Below, piece by piece: positions 53,923-62,980 of a stretch of DNA of 64,000 nt. The position numbers and the translations under genes are program-made. The notes beneath the pieces were generated by a model. That model was not told the DNA's origin, did not search any database, and was given only the letters and a program-made list of their open reading frames with translations. Source of the stretch: Nitrospinota bacterium (GTDB lineage Bacteria; Nitrospinota; Nitrospinia; Nitrospinales; VA-1); NCBI GenBank assembly GCA_028345515.1, contig JAOMDP010000001.1, positions 53,318-117,317 on the forward strand. The letters run 5' to 3'. How positions within the stretch are numbered: position 1 is the stretch's first letter; every line of letters starts with the position of its first letter.

Positions 53923-54636
53923 TTAACTCTTTGTATCGAGCAAGGAACCGATCATTTCATCGTTGGCTTTGATAACATTGACATTGGCCTTAAACGCCGC
54001 TTTAGAAACAATTTGATCAACCATCTCTTCTGCAATATCAACATTTGAACCTTCTAGAAAGCCTGATAAAATCGACCCTAAAGCACCTTCGCCTGGAATC
54101 GCCACAATCGGCGCGCCTGATGCTGCCGACTCATCTAATAGGTTGCCACCTGCGGCAATCAACCCTTCTGGATTGTTAAAGTTTGTAAGTTGAATCTGAC
54201 CTGTGACTTCCTGCCCGGCTGGGGTTTGCACAGACACCTGACCATTGGCTCCGACAATGATTCCATGGTTTTCTGCTGGGACATTGATTTCTGGGATCAG
54301 AATGTTTCCACTAGCATCCGCTACTTGCCCCGCACCATTCAATTTAAAACTTCCCGACCGAGTAAAACTGGTGCCTCCATTTGGATTGGCAACTTGGAAA
54401 AAACCCCTTCCTTGAATGGCAAGATCTAAAGGATTATTAGTAGGTATAAAACTACCCTGAAAGTTTGATTTGGTAGTTGAGTTCAAGCGTGTGCCGCCTG
54501 ATTTTATTTCAATACTGTTTACTTCCCCTTTTTTAAATCCGGGAGTTTGTACATTAGCAAGATTATTGGCACTGTTCTGCAGTCTTTTGGTCGCGTTGCT
54601 TAAACCGGTTAAAGCACTAAAAATTTGTCCTAACAT
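53923..54636 (-). CDS. Flagellar rod/hook family protein (FlgG/FlgF/FlgE-like), orphan copy
   Basis: N-terminal ANNLANVQTPGFKK and C-terminal LEGSNVDIAEEMVDQIVSKAAFKAN. 237 aa, about 14 kb from the main flg cluster. Confidence 0.8.
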   Translation of the reverse strand: MLGQIFSALTGLSNATKRLQNSANNLANVQTPGFKKGEVNSIEIKSGGTRLNSTTKSNFQGSFIPTNNPLDLAIQGRGFFQVANPNGGTSFTRSGSFKLNGAGQVADASGNILIPEINVPAENHGIIVGANGQVSVQTPAGQEVTGQIQLTNFNNPEGLIAAGGNLLDESAASGAPIVAIPGEGALGSILSGFLEGSNVDIAEEMVDQIVSKAAFKANVNVIKANDEMIGSLLDTKS

Positions 54637-54652
54637 TATTTAGCCCTCCTTA

Positions 54653-55171
54653 TTAATTCGGAATAAGAACTTCATCACTATTATTCGTATCATTTAAAAC
54701 AGATTTTTTTCTAAGAGAAAGTAATGAAAAACTCATTGCCGTTTCATCACAATTATCCTGATGCAGACATTGCTGGCAATCATTCCAGACTTTTTGTGGT
54801 AAATTAATTTTATCTATGATCTGAAACCCCAACTTGTCAAATAATTTGATTGCATAGGTTAAAACAAAAACAGTATCGCAGTTTTGATTTAATAATAAAT
54901 ACTCGATGCTTTCTTGAACCATTTGCGTGGCAATTCCCTGCCTGTGGTAGCGCGGATCGACACCCAGCGAACGGATCTCAACAAGTTTGTCCCAACCATA
55001 TTTTAGATTGCAAATACCAATGACCTCACCCAACTTTTCATACACCCAAAAATCAGCAATGTTATGCTCAATTTCTTCTAAAGATCGGAACAACATTTTG
55101 CCGTCTTCAGAATACAAACAAATTAGGTTCTGAATGGCCGGCGCATCTTCAATTTGCCCCTTACGTATCAT
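54653..55171 (-). CDS. GNAT N-acetyltransferase (short ArgA-like)
   Basis: The RYHRQGIATQM acetyl-CoA motif. The C-terminal LPQKVWNDCQQCLHQDNCDETAM resembles short N-acetylglutamate-synthase-like GNATs. Confidence 0.7.
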   Translation of the reverse strand: MIRKGQIEDAPAIQNLICLYSEDGKMLFRSLEEIEHNIADFWVYEKLGEVIGICNLKYGWDKLVEIRSLGVDPRYHRQGIATQMVQESIEYLLLNQNCDTVFVLTYAIKLFDKLGFQIIDKINLPQKVWNDCQQCLHQDNCDETAMSFSLLSLRKKSVLNDTNNSDEVLIPN

Positions 55172-55387
55172 TAAATATATCTACCTATAATAAGATTTTA
55201 AATGTGTGATTGGCTGTTGGTTATTTAGTATCGACTAGTTTAGCTAATCAGTCAAGCCTGGAGCAAAGCATAAAAATTAAATAAACTTTCTTGTTCCTTA
55301 GCCAACACATCGCTCTTGTAATAGACACATCTCGAAAGTATTGCTATATAACTTTAGGTCTCGATTCAACCGTCAGCTGGAGGCGGG

Positions 55388-56125
55388 CTAATGGACAAGT
55401 TGATCTTTAAGTTGATCGATTAGGAGGATGTTATTGATTGAGATTGCGACTTTGTCTGCCATGCGTTCCAGAAACTCGGTACCAAGCCCCTCATGAAAAT
55501 GAAAAGTTTTAGGGCTACCAAACGCAATAATCCCCACTAAATTTTCCTGCGCCACAATAGGGATAAGCGCTTCAGAGTTAATCGAATCATCTTCCTTAGA
55601 GGATGGGCCAAACACATCGGACTCTTTGATCTCTCCACGCAGGATCGGTTGAGGTTTTCCGTTAAACCAGTTTGATGCGGTTTCTTTGCTTATAAATTTT
55701 ACTGTCTCATCGAGATCTCCATTATATCGCTCCCTTAATCGATCTTCCATAAAATGGTCGGAACCCTGAATAAGACAAACAGCAACCTTAGGAATTCCAA
55801 AACGATTTGGAATTTCTTTTTTTAATTGATTTACCATCTGGTCAAGATTGGTACTGGTTAAAACAAGTTGCTCTATTTCATATAAATGATCTTGAATTTT
55901 TTCATTGGCACGGGAAATTTCAAATAACCATTCCAGTTTGTTTTTAAGGTTTTCCTTATCATTTTGTACCCGCTTTATGATGCGATCGGCAAGACTCAAA
56001 GTATTAATAGGTTCAATAGGAAGATCTTCCTCTTTAATTTCTTTGATCCTTCTTAGCAACTCTGGGTATTCATTAAAAAATTCCGGATGTTCATCCAAAT
56101 AAATTGCAACTTGATCTTTATTCAT
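55388..56125 (-). CDS. DUF484 (YigA-like, GAF-fold) protein
   Basis: N-terminal VAIYLDEHPEFFNEYPELL is the characteristic DUF484 start. Confidence 0.6.
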   Translation of the reverse strand: MNKDQVAIYLDEHPEFFNEYPELLRRIKEIKEEDLPIEPINTLSLADRIIKRVQNDKENLKNKLEWLFEISRANEKIQDHLYEIEQLVLTSTNLDQMVNQLKKEIPNRFGIPKVAVCLIQGSDHFMEDRLRERYNGDLDETVKFISKETASNWFNGKPQPILRGEIKESDVFGPSSKEDDSINSEALIPIVAQENLVGIIAFGSPKTFHFHEGLGTEFLERMADKVAISINNILLIDQLKDQLVH

Positions 56126-56424
56126 TTAAATTCCCTTGGCAATTTTTGGTATTAATTCAGTAAATTATTCTTGTAGTGTACCATAAAAAAACTCTGGGAA
56201 AAGTTATAAATTCAATAAAAACAAATGTTTGTGCTTTAGTTTTGGGAAGCAGGGGTATTTTTTACGGGGCCTTGCTTAAAGAGGTCTAAAAGGTGAATTA
56301 AAATTAACCGATTACCCATTACATTCCTAGGTGGCATTATTCTGATCCTTGATACAAATCAATACCAAAAACTTAATTCTTTGATATTTGACTGTTGGAT
56401 ATTTCCAAAATAGTGGCAACCTTA

Positions 56425-56553
56425 CTAGACATTTGTTTCTTCGGGCGGGGCGACAGGGGGCTTGGGAGGACCTTTGTGGCCACAGCCGCTCAAACCGGTT
56501 AAAAGAAGGATGAAGATGATAACAAGTAAAGCAAAAAAGCTTCTTGGCATCAT
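56425..56553 (-). CDS. Small proline-rich lipoprotein (LptM/YifL-like), not in ORF track
   Basis: Hand translation: MMPRSFFALLVIIFILLLTGLSGCGHKGPPKPPVAPPEETNV. Lipobox LSGC followed by KGP. Its ATG overlaps the argH TGA (ATGA). Confidence 0.5.
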   Translation of the reverse strand: MMPRSFFALLVIIFILLLTGLSGCGHKGPPKPPVAPPEETNV

Positions 56554-57935
56554 CGGCTTTTGTTTTTGAGTTTTTTAGTCAGCCGTAAAATTTGCGCACG
56601 AACTTGTTTTTTTGCAGTTCCACCATAAATATTTTTTCTATCCATCGAGTTTTTGATCGCTATGTGATTGAAGACTTCTTTGTCAATTCTCTTGGAAATT
56701 TTACGAAGTTCGGCCAACGAAAGATCGGCTAATGTTTTTTTATTTTCGAGACAATAGGCTACCGTTTTTCCAGTAATCTCATGCGCTTCACGAAATGGCA
56801 CTCCCTTTAATACCAAATAATCAGCTAAATCGGTTGCTGTTAGAAAACCGCTGGCTTCCAATTCTTTTTGTGGAATTGGTATAAACATCGCAGTTTTTAT
56901 CATGTCAGTAAAAATTCGAAGACAGGCCTTTACCGTTTCCGAAGTATCAAATAAGGGTTCCTTGTCTTCCTGCATATCTTTGTTATAGGCGAGCGGCATA
57001 CCTTTCATCATGGTGAGGAGAGATACCAGGTTTCCAAACACTCTCCCTGATTTTCCTCGAATTAGTTCAGCAGCATCCGGATTCTTTTTTTGCGGCATGA
57101 TACTGCTACCCGTCGTAAACGCATCGGAAAGTTCCAAAAACCCAAATTCACTGGTATTCCAAATGACTACCTCTTCACAAAAACGACTAAGATGCATCAT
57201 GGTCAATGCGGATGCACTGCAAAATTCAGCTACGAAATCCCTGTCCGCTACCGCATCAATACTATTGTGGGAAATTTCAGGGAACCCTAAAAGTTTTGCG
57301 GTTATTTTGCGATCAATCGGAAAGTTGGTACCAGCTAAAGCTGCGGAACCCAGCGGCATAACATTAATTCTTTTATAAGCATCAAGAAAACGTTCTTTAT
57401 CCCGAAGCATCATTTCAACATATGCCAGTAAATGATGTGAAAGTAATACGGGTTGTGCTCGTTGTAAGTGAGTATAACCTGGGATGCAAAGATCGATATT
57501 TTTTTTAGCAATGTCTACTAAGGCTTTGCTAAGTCGGTCCAATTCGCTAACGATATCATCAATTTCTTTTCTAAGATAAAGTCGTATATCAAGACAAACT
57601 TGGTCATTTCGACTTCTTGCCGTATGCAACTTCCCAGCTACGGGACCTACGATTTCACTTAACCGATTTTCAATATTCATGTGAATATCTTCAAGGCTTT
57701 CACTAAACTCAAAGCGGCCTTCATCACATTCGCGTAATATACGTTGCAAGCCTTTAATGATTTTTTTAGACTCAACAGTGGTAATAATTTTGCACCGAGC
57801 TAGCATTTTGCAATGCGCAATGCTACCTTCAATATCACAATCATAAAGACGTTTATCAAACGATATGGAAGCCGAAAATGTTTCCATCAACGCATCTGTC
57901 GATTGTTTGAATCTACCACCCCATAGTTTTTTCAT
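56550..57935 (-). CDS. argH: Argininosuccinate lyase
   Basis: MKKLWGGRF start; GSSIMPQKKNPD signature. Confidence 0.95.
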   Translation of the reverse strand: MKKLWGGRFKQSTDALMETFSASISFDKRLYDCDIEGSIAHCKMLARCKIITTVESKKIIKGLQRILRECDEGRFEFSESLEDIHMNIENRLSEIVGPVAGKLHTARSRNDQVCLDIRLYLRKEIDDIVSELDRLSKALVDIAKKNIDLCIPGYTHLQRAQPVLLSHHLLAYVEMMLRDKERFLDAYKRINVMPLGSAALAGTNFPIDRKITAKLLGFPEISHNSIDAVADRDFVAEFCSASALTMMHLSRFCEEVVIWNTSEFGFLELSDAFTTGSSIMPQKKNPDAAELIRGKSGRVFGNLVSLLTMMKGMPLAYNKDMQEDKEPLFDTSETVKACLRIFTDMIKTAMFIPIPQKELEASGFLTATDLADYLVLKGVPFREAHEITGKTVAYCLENKKTLADLSLAELRKISKRIDKEVFNHIAIKNSMDRKNIYGGTAKKQVRAQILRLTKKLKNKSR

Positions 57936-58660
57936 TTCTTTAACCGGTATTCATTTTTGATTTTTTTCACATTTACTCCCGCAATCACCAGGGTTATTTC
58001 ACCCTTCCAATTGCGGTCTTGGTTTGCAAAGTCTTCCAAGTTACCGCGCAGCACTTCTTCGTGCAATTTTGTTAATTCTCTAGCAATTGCAACTTGTCTA
58101 TTACCAAATACCCTAAAAAGATCCTGAAAAGTTTTTTGAATGCGGTTCGGGGATTCAAAAATAACCAGCGTACGTTTTTCACATGCCAGATTTTCTAGCG
58201 CTGTTGCTCGGCCTTTTTTCCTTGGAAGAAAACCCTCAAATACAAATTTATCCATGGGGAGACCGGAAACCGTCAAAGCAGCTAATAATGCTGATGGACC
58301 AGGAATAGAGTTTACGCGTATTCCCTCTTCCAACGCCGATTGCACTAAATGGTAATGCGGATCCGAAATACCAGGCGTACCAGCATCCGAGACCAAAGCA
58401 ATACTCTGGCCATTCTTAAGACGATCGATAAATAAGGATCTTTTTTTAAATTTGTTATAGCTGTTGTAACTGGATAAGGGAGTTTGGATTTTATAACGAT
58501 CTAATAAAATCCGCGTACGACGGGTATCTTCTGCAGCAATCAAAGATACATGTTTCAGAGTTTCAACTGCTCTTTGAGTAAAATCACCTAGATTCCCAAT
58601 TGGAGTACTTACTATATAAATAGTCCCTGGTTCCAGGGTATCCCTGTCCTCATTTCCCAT
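57932..58660 (-). CDS. rsmI: 16S rRNA (cytidine1402-2'-O)-methyltransferase
   Basis: GTIYIVSTPIGNLGDFTQRAVETLKHVSLIAAEDTR; tetrapyrrole-methylase fold. Confidence 0.9.
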   Translation of the reverse strand: MGNEDRDTLEPGTIYIVSTPIGNLGDFTQRAVETLKHVSLIAAEDTRRTRILLDRYKIQTPLSSYNSYNKFKKRSLFIDRLKNGQSIALVSDAGTPGISDPHYHLVQSALEEGIRVNSIPGPSALLAALTVSGLPMDKFVFEGFLPRKKGRATALENLACEKRTLVIFESPNRIQKTFQDLFRVFGNRQVAIARELTKLHEEVLRGNLEDFANQDRNWKGEITLVIAGVNVKKIKNEYRLKK

Positions 58661-58765
58661 AACCAGTGTCTATTTTAATCTGTCACCCCAAAAACCTCAA
58701 TAAGTAATTTTAAAACAATGACTTTAGGGTTAATAAATTAACTCTATGGGGTTTGGTTAGTAGAC

Positions 58766-59167
58766 TTATTTTTCTTTTTCTTCAGTTTTTACCAAGGGAA
58801 TTACTTTTGTTTCTTTTCCGCTCATATCACAATTTCCATCAAGGATGCCACCTAATTCAATATCTATAGCTGGAGATTTTATATTTCCCAATACTTTACT
58901 AGTCGAATGAATTTCTACTTTTTTAGAAGCCACAATGGTACCTTCCACTCGACCCATGCAAATAACAGTGCCCGCATGAATTTCAGCCATTAAATGGCCT
59001 GATTCGCCAATAATCAAAGTATCTTCGGTTATAACCTTACCTTCAAACTTACCGTCAATACGAACAGTGCCATCATAATTTAGCGATCCATTAAAAACAG
59101 TATCTTTGCCCATATAGGCTTTAATCTGATCATCATCTGTTTTCATATTTGTTTCTTCCTTCCACAT
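58766..59167 (-). CDS. Bactofilin (DUF583 polymer-forming cytoskeletal protein)
   Basis: Beta-helical repeat pattern: VFNGSLNYDGTVRIDGKFEGKVITEDTLIIGESGHLMAEIHAGTVICMGRVEGTI. An alternative ATG lies at 59146. Confidence 0.8.
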   Translation of the reverse strand: MWKEETNMKTDDDQIKAYMGKDTVFNGSLNYDGTVRIDGKFEGKVITEDTLIIGESGHLMAEIHAGTVICMGRVEGTIVASKKVEIHSTSKVLGNIKSPAIDIELGGILDGNCDMSGKETKVIPLVKTEEKEK

Positions 59168-59189
59168 CAGAAATCGCTCATTAAAATTG

Positions 59190-60056
59190 TTATTTTTTGT
59201 TGCTTACTATTAATAGCTGAATCCGTTCCAAATCATCATCAGAATAATAAGTCACAACAAGTTTTCCGCCGTTTTTTTTCGGAGAGATATTTACCTTTGT
59301 TCCTAGTCTTCTTGCCAAATCTTTTTCGAGATCTTTAATAAAAATATCTTTTGGGTCTGTGGATGAATTCGATTTCTCAGCAGAATCATTTTTTAATTTT
59401 TTAGCTTTGTTCTCCGTTTGGCGAACCGACAAACCTTTTTTAACGATTTCTTTTCTTAAGGCTTCCATGTTTTTTTGGTTTTCTAAGCCCAGCAAAGCCC
59501 TAGCATGACCCATCGATATCTTACCAGATACTAGGTCTTCTTTTAAAATTTCTGATAAGTTTAACAACCGCAAAGTATTAGCAACTGCAGCACGGCTTTT
59601 GCCTACCTTATTTGCTACCATTTCTTGGGTTAAAGCAAACTCGCTGGAAAGCCTAGCATAAGCTTCGGCCTCCTCTATGGGATTTAAATCTTGACGATGA
59701 ATATTTTCAATGATTGCAATTTCCAGAGATTGCTCCTCGCTTACTTCGCGGATCACAGCAGGGATTTTTTTAAGCCCAAGTTTTTTGGAAGCGCGCCAAC
59801 GTCTTTCACCCACTATTAATTCATAACCTGAATTGGCCTTTTGAACCACGACTGGTTGCAATATGCCATACTCTTCAATAGAAGCGACTAACTCCTCCAG
59901 TTTTTTATCATCAAAAAAACTTCTGGGTTGCATACGATTTGGCGAAATTTCATCGACCAATAAATCTTTTACTGAGGAGAGTCCTACTTCAGGAACCCCC
60001 ATTTCAAATTCTGGGATTAACGCATTTATACCTTTACCTAGAGCTTTTCTATTCAT
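59190..60056 (-). CDS. parB: Chromosome partitioning protein ParB
   Basis: GKGINALIP; ParB box GERRWRASKKLG; HTH region. Confidence 0.93.
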   Translation of the reverse strand: MNRKALGKGINALIPEFEMGVPEVGLSSVKDLLVDEISPNRMQPRSFFDDKKLEELVASIEEYGILQPVVVQKANSGYELIVGERRWRASKKLGLKKIPAVIREVSEEQSLEIAIIENIHRQDLNPIEEAEAYARLSSEFALTQEMVANKVGKSRAAVANTLRLLNLSEILKEDLVSGKISMGHARALLGLENQKNMEALRKEIVKKGLSVRQTENKAKKLKNDSAEKSNSSTDPKDIFIKDLEKDLARRLGTKVNISPKKNGGKLVVTYYSDDDLERIQLLIVSNKK

Positions 60057-60850
60057 GTTAATGAACCTGTTAAGGAAGTTTTAAGGCGAGAATCCGTTTT
60101 AGATCTAGAAATAATTTCTTTAGCAAGTTCAACATAAGAATCGGCGCCCCGCGAACTGCCTGCATAAAGCATGATAGGCTTCCCATGGCTAGGGGCTTCA
60201 CTCAATCGCACGTTCCTGGGGATAACAGTTTTTAAAAGAAAATCACTGAAATATTTTTTTACCTGATCTTTTACCTGTGCTGCCAGAAGAGTTCTTCCGT
60301 CAAACATAGTTAATAAAATACCTTCCACTTTTAAATCTGGGTTGATTGACTTTTTTACAAGTTTCAAAGTTTTCAACAAATGGCTGAGTCCTTGCAAAGC
60401 GTAGTATTCACATTGCATAGGAATCAATACTGAGTTAGAAACAGCTAGCGCATTCAATGTTAAAAGGCCTAAAGAGGGCGGGCAATCAATGACCACAAAC
60501 TCATATTCATCAATTTTAGTCAGTGCTGTCTTCAATACTGTCTCCCGGGATCCTCTTGTCACAAGCTCTATTTCGGCTCCTGTAAGGTCGACTCGGGCAG
60601 GGATAATTTTCAGGGTTTCAATTTCTGTGGAGCAAGTCACCTCTTCGACGCTGGCTTCACCCATCAAGAGCTCATAAACCCCCCTGGAATCTTCCTCAAC
60701 CCCCAAACCACTCGAGGCATTTCCTTGAGGATCCACATCCACCAAGAGCACTTTTTTGCCCGAAAGGGCTAAAGAAGCGGCTAGGTTTATGGCAGTGGTT
60801 GTTTTCCCAACCCCGCCTTTTTGATTTGCAATACTAATTATTTTGCTCAT
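60053..60850 (-). CDS. parA: Chromosome partitioning ATPase ParA/Soj
   Basis: Deviant Walker A NQKGGVGKTTT. It overlaps the parB start by 4 nt. Confidence 0.93.
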   Translation of the reverse strand: MSKIISIANQKGGVGKTTTAINLAASLALSGKKVLLVDVDPQGNASSGLGVEEDSRGVYELLMGEASVEEVTCSTEIETLKIIPARVDLTGAEIELVTRGSRETVLKTALTKIDEYEFVVIDCPPSLGLLTLNALAVSNSVLIPMQCEYYALQGLSHLLKTLKLVKKSINPDLKVEGILLTMFDGRTLLAAQVKDQVKKYFSDFLLKTVIPRNVRLSEAPSHGKPIMLYAGSSRGADSYVELAKEIISRSKTDSRLKTSLTGSLT

Positions 60851-60936
60851 AAAACCCTAAACCTAGATATATGCTAGTTAAAATTAGCATAAATTTAACT
60901 TTTTAGCGAACTATTATCTTATCAAGTTAGATAAAA

Positions 60937-60952
60937 TGTTTCACGTGAAACA
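60937..60952. promoter_or_regulatory. parS site (perfect palindrome TGTTTCACGTGAAACA)
   Basis: The 16-mer matches the canonical parS consensus TGTTNCACGTGAAACA. It lies 87 nt upstream of parA. Confidence 0.85.
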
Positions 60953-60982
60953 GTCAAAAGATCTTTAAGTCCCAATCAAAGT

Positions 60983-60998
60983 TGTTTCACGTGGAACA
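60983..60998. promoter_or_regulatory. parS site (TGTTTCACGTGGAACA)
   Basis: Reverse complement is TGTTCCACGTGAAACA, the classical parS sequence. It overlaps the last codons and stop of rsmG. Confidence 0.85.
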
Positions 60999-61613
60999 TT
61001 TTTCAAAAATCAATAGATTAGATTGCTTATCATTGTATCCCAGCACAACTCTCTCCTCTGCAAGCGTAAACCCCTGATGAGTTTTATTAGTTTTCGCATC
61101 AGGGTCTTTTTTCAAAACAACTTTACCGCCCCTTTCCAAAAATCTTCCTGCCAATTTAAGGCAGCTGTTAATATCTGAAACTGCCCTTAATACAACTACA
61201 TCAACCGAAGAGGCTGGCAGAATTTGCTCTGCTCTTGCATTGACAACAATAGTTTTTACGAAGTTAAGCTCGTGGATAACTGCATTAAGAAAACTACATC
61301 GTTTCCTTTGGCTTTCCACAAGCATTGCGTTTAGATTGGGATATATTATCTTTAGGGGTATTCCAGGAAAACCTGCCCCGCTCCCTATATCAATAATTCG
61401 ATCATTAGGAAATACGGCTCTGCAGTAATGCAAAGAATCAAAAATGTGGCGTTGTAAAATTTCTTGTGCGGTTTTTTCAGAGGTAAGGTTAATTTTTTTA
61501 TTCCACTTAACCAGAAGATGTAGGTAGGAAGTAAACTGAAGTTTAATTTGCCCGAGGGTTGAATCGGGGGAAAGACCTAATCGTGAGTCTTCCAGTATCT
61601 CAAGGATATTCAT
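60987..61613 (-). CDS. rsmG: 16S rRNA (guanine527-N7)-methyltransferase
   Basis: IDIGSGAGFPGIPLKI SAM motif; the rsmG-parA-parB synteny. Confidence 0.9.
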   Translation of the reverse strand: MNILEILEDSRLGLSPDSTLGQIKLQFTSYLHLLVKWNKKINLTSEKTAQEILQRHIFDSLHYCRAVFPNDRIIDIGSGAGFPGIPLKIIYPNLNAMLVESQRKRCSFLNAVIHELNFVKTIVVNARAEQILPASSVDVVVLRAVSDINSCLKLAGRFLERGGKVVLKKDPDAKTNKTHQGFTLAEERVVLGYNDKQSNLLIFEKCST

Positions 61614-61646
61614 ACACTTGTTAACATGGAAGGCCGGTATGCAAGC

Positions 61647-62627
61647 TCAGTGGCCTAGAATATTTTTAAATTCTTGCGTGAGTAAAGGAACTATTTTAAG
61701 AACATCCCCAACAATACCGTAATCGGCAATAGAAAATATAGGCGCATGAGGGTCTGAGTTGATTGCTACAATACAACGTGATGAAGACATGCCGGCTAAA
61801 TGCTGAACTGCACCTGAAATACCGCAGGCTATGTATAAATCGGGTGAAACGGTTCTTCCGGTCTGCCCAACTTGATGCGTGTACTCCTTCCAGCCATTAT
61901 CAACAACCGGTCGGGAGGCCGCTACCGCGGCTCCTAAAACGCCGGCCAACTCATCAAGAAGTTTAAAGTTTGCTGGGTCCTGCATACCCAATCCGCCGGA
62001 AACAATGATCCGAGCTTCGGTAATATCTAGTTCAAGGCCGATCTCTCGAATGAGGCTACCAACCATTTTTGAGAACTCTGGAAAAACGAATTCTTGCTTA
62101 TTAATAACCCCTCTCCTAATAGTATTGGCAGTCTCACCTCTGAATACATTCGATCTTAAGGTTAGGAAGTGGGGTTTGGGACCCTTTAATTCACATAATG
62201 AAAAGGCTTTTCCGGAAAATATTGGCCTTTTAGCAATTACCCTGCCTTCATCAGAAATTTGAAGGTCAATACAATCGGTGACCAATGCTACTCCCAGCCG
62301 TGTAGCCACCTCAGCAGATAACTCCTTACCGTTATTCGAGGATGACAACAAAACCATATCTGGTTCTGTTTTTTCAATCTCGCTTAACAAAGCACCTGAA
62401 TAAGTTTCGTGAACATAATGATTGAAATCCGAGTGCAGGTAAAATCGAACTTCGTCTGCACCATTATCAATGAGTGTTTGCCCATCCTCTTTTTGAGTTT
62501 CAGAAAAATAGTAAGCTATTACGAACCCGCCCAGATTACTAGCAGCATGTAGAATTTCATTAGTAACGGGTTTTATCCCGTTTTGATCATGTTCCACGAC
62601 CACTATGATAGTAAATTTATTGTCCAT
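61647..62627 (-). CDS. etfA: Electron transfer flavoprotein alpha subunit
   Basis: C-terminal FAD-binding region YIACGISGAVQHLAGM. Confidence 0.9.
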   Translation of the reverse strand: MDNKFTIIVVVEHDQNGIKPVTNEILHAASNLGGFVIAYYFSETQKEDGQTLIDNGADEVRFYLHSDFNHYVHETYSGALLSEIEKTEPDMVLLSSSNNGKELSAEVATRLGVALVTDCIDLQISDEGRVIAKRPIFSGKAFSLCELKGPKPHFLTLRSNVFRGETANTIRRGVINKQEFVFPEFSKMVGSLIREIGLELDITEARIIVSGGLGMQDPANFKLLDELAGVLGAAVAASRPVVDNGWKEYTHQVGQTGRTVSPDLYIACGISGAVQHLAGMSSSRCIVAINSDPHAPIFSIADYGIVGDVLKIVPLLTQEFKNILGH

Positions 62628-62774
62628 TAATCTTGCTCAAAATTAGACCAAACGTAAAAACGGAAAGGATAACCCAAGCAAGGACAAACCACAACCGGGA
62701 AAGAAAGGTATGGAAAAGGGAAATAAAACTTTTCAAGCCAATTCAGGCGTTGCCTATTTTGGCAAATTTTTAGG

Positions 62775-62960
62775 TTAGTATTTGCCGGGAGGTCTGAACA
62801 AAGGCAAATCTAAAATCCATTCAATTTCCCATATTTCTCCTATGGTTCCTAGTCCTAAAAGAAGGACATAAACCGCTAGAGCACCTAAACCAAACTTTTC
62901 TTTATTTTTCTGAAAAAAGTTTTGTTCGCCAGACCTCTCAGATGTTGGGATTTCATTCAT
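62775..62960 (-). CDS. Small single-pass membrane protein between etfB and etfA
   Basis: 61 aa with one helix (FGLGALAVYVLLLGLGTIG). It lies 20 nt after the etfB stop. Confidence 0.35.
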   Translation of the reverse strand: MNEIPTSERSGEQNFFQKNKEKFGLGALAVYVLLLGLGTIGEIWEIEWILDLPLFRPPGKY

Positions 62961-62980
62961 TTTGGAAAAGCCTTTTTACA

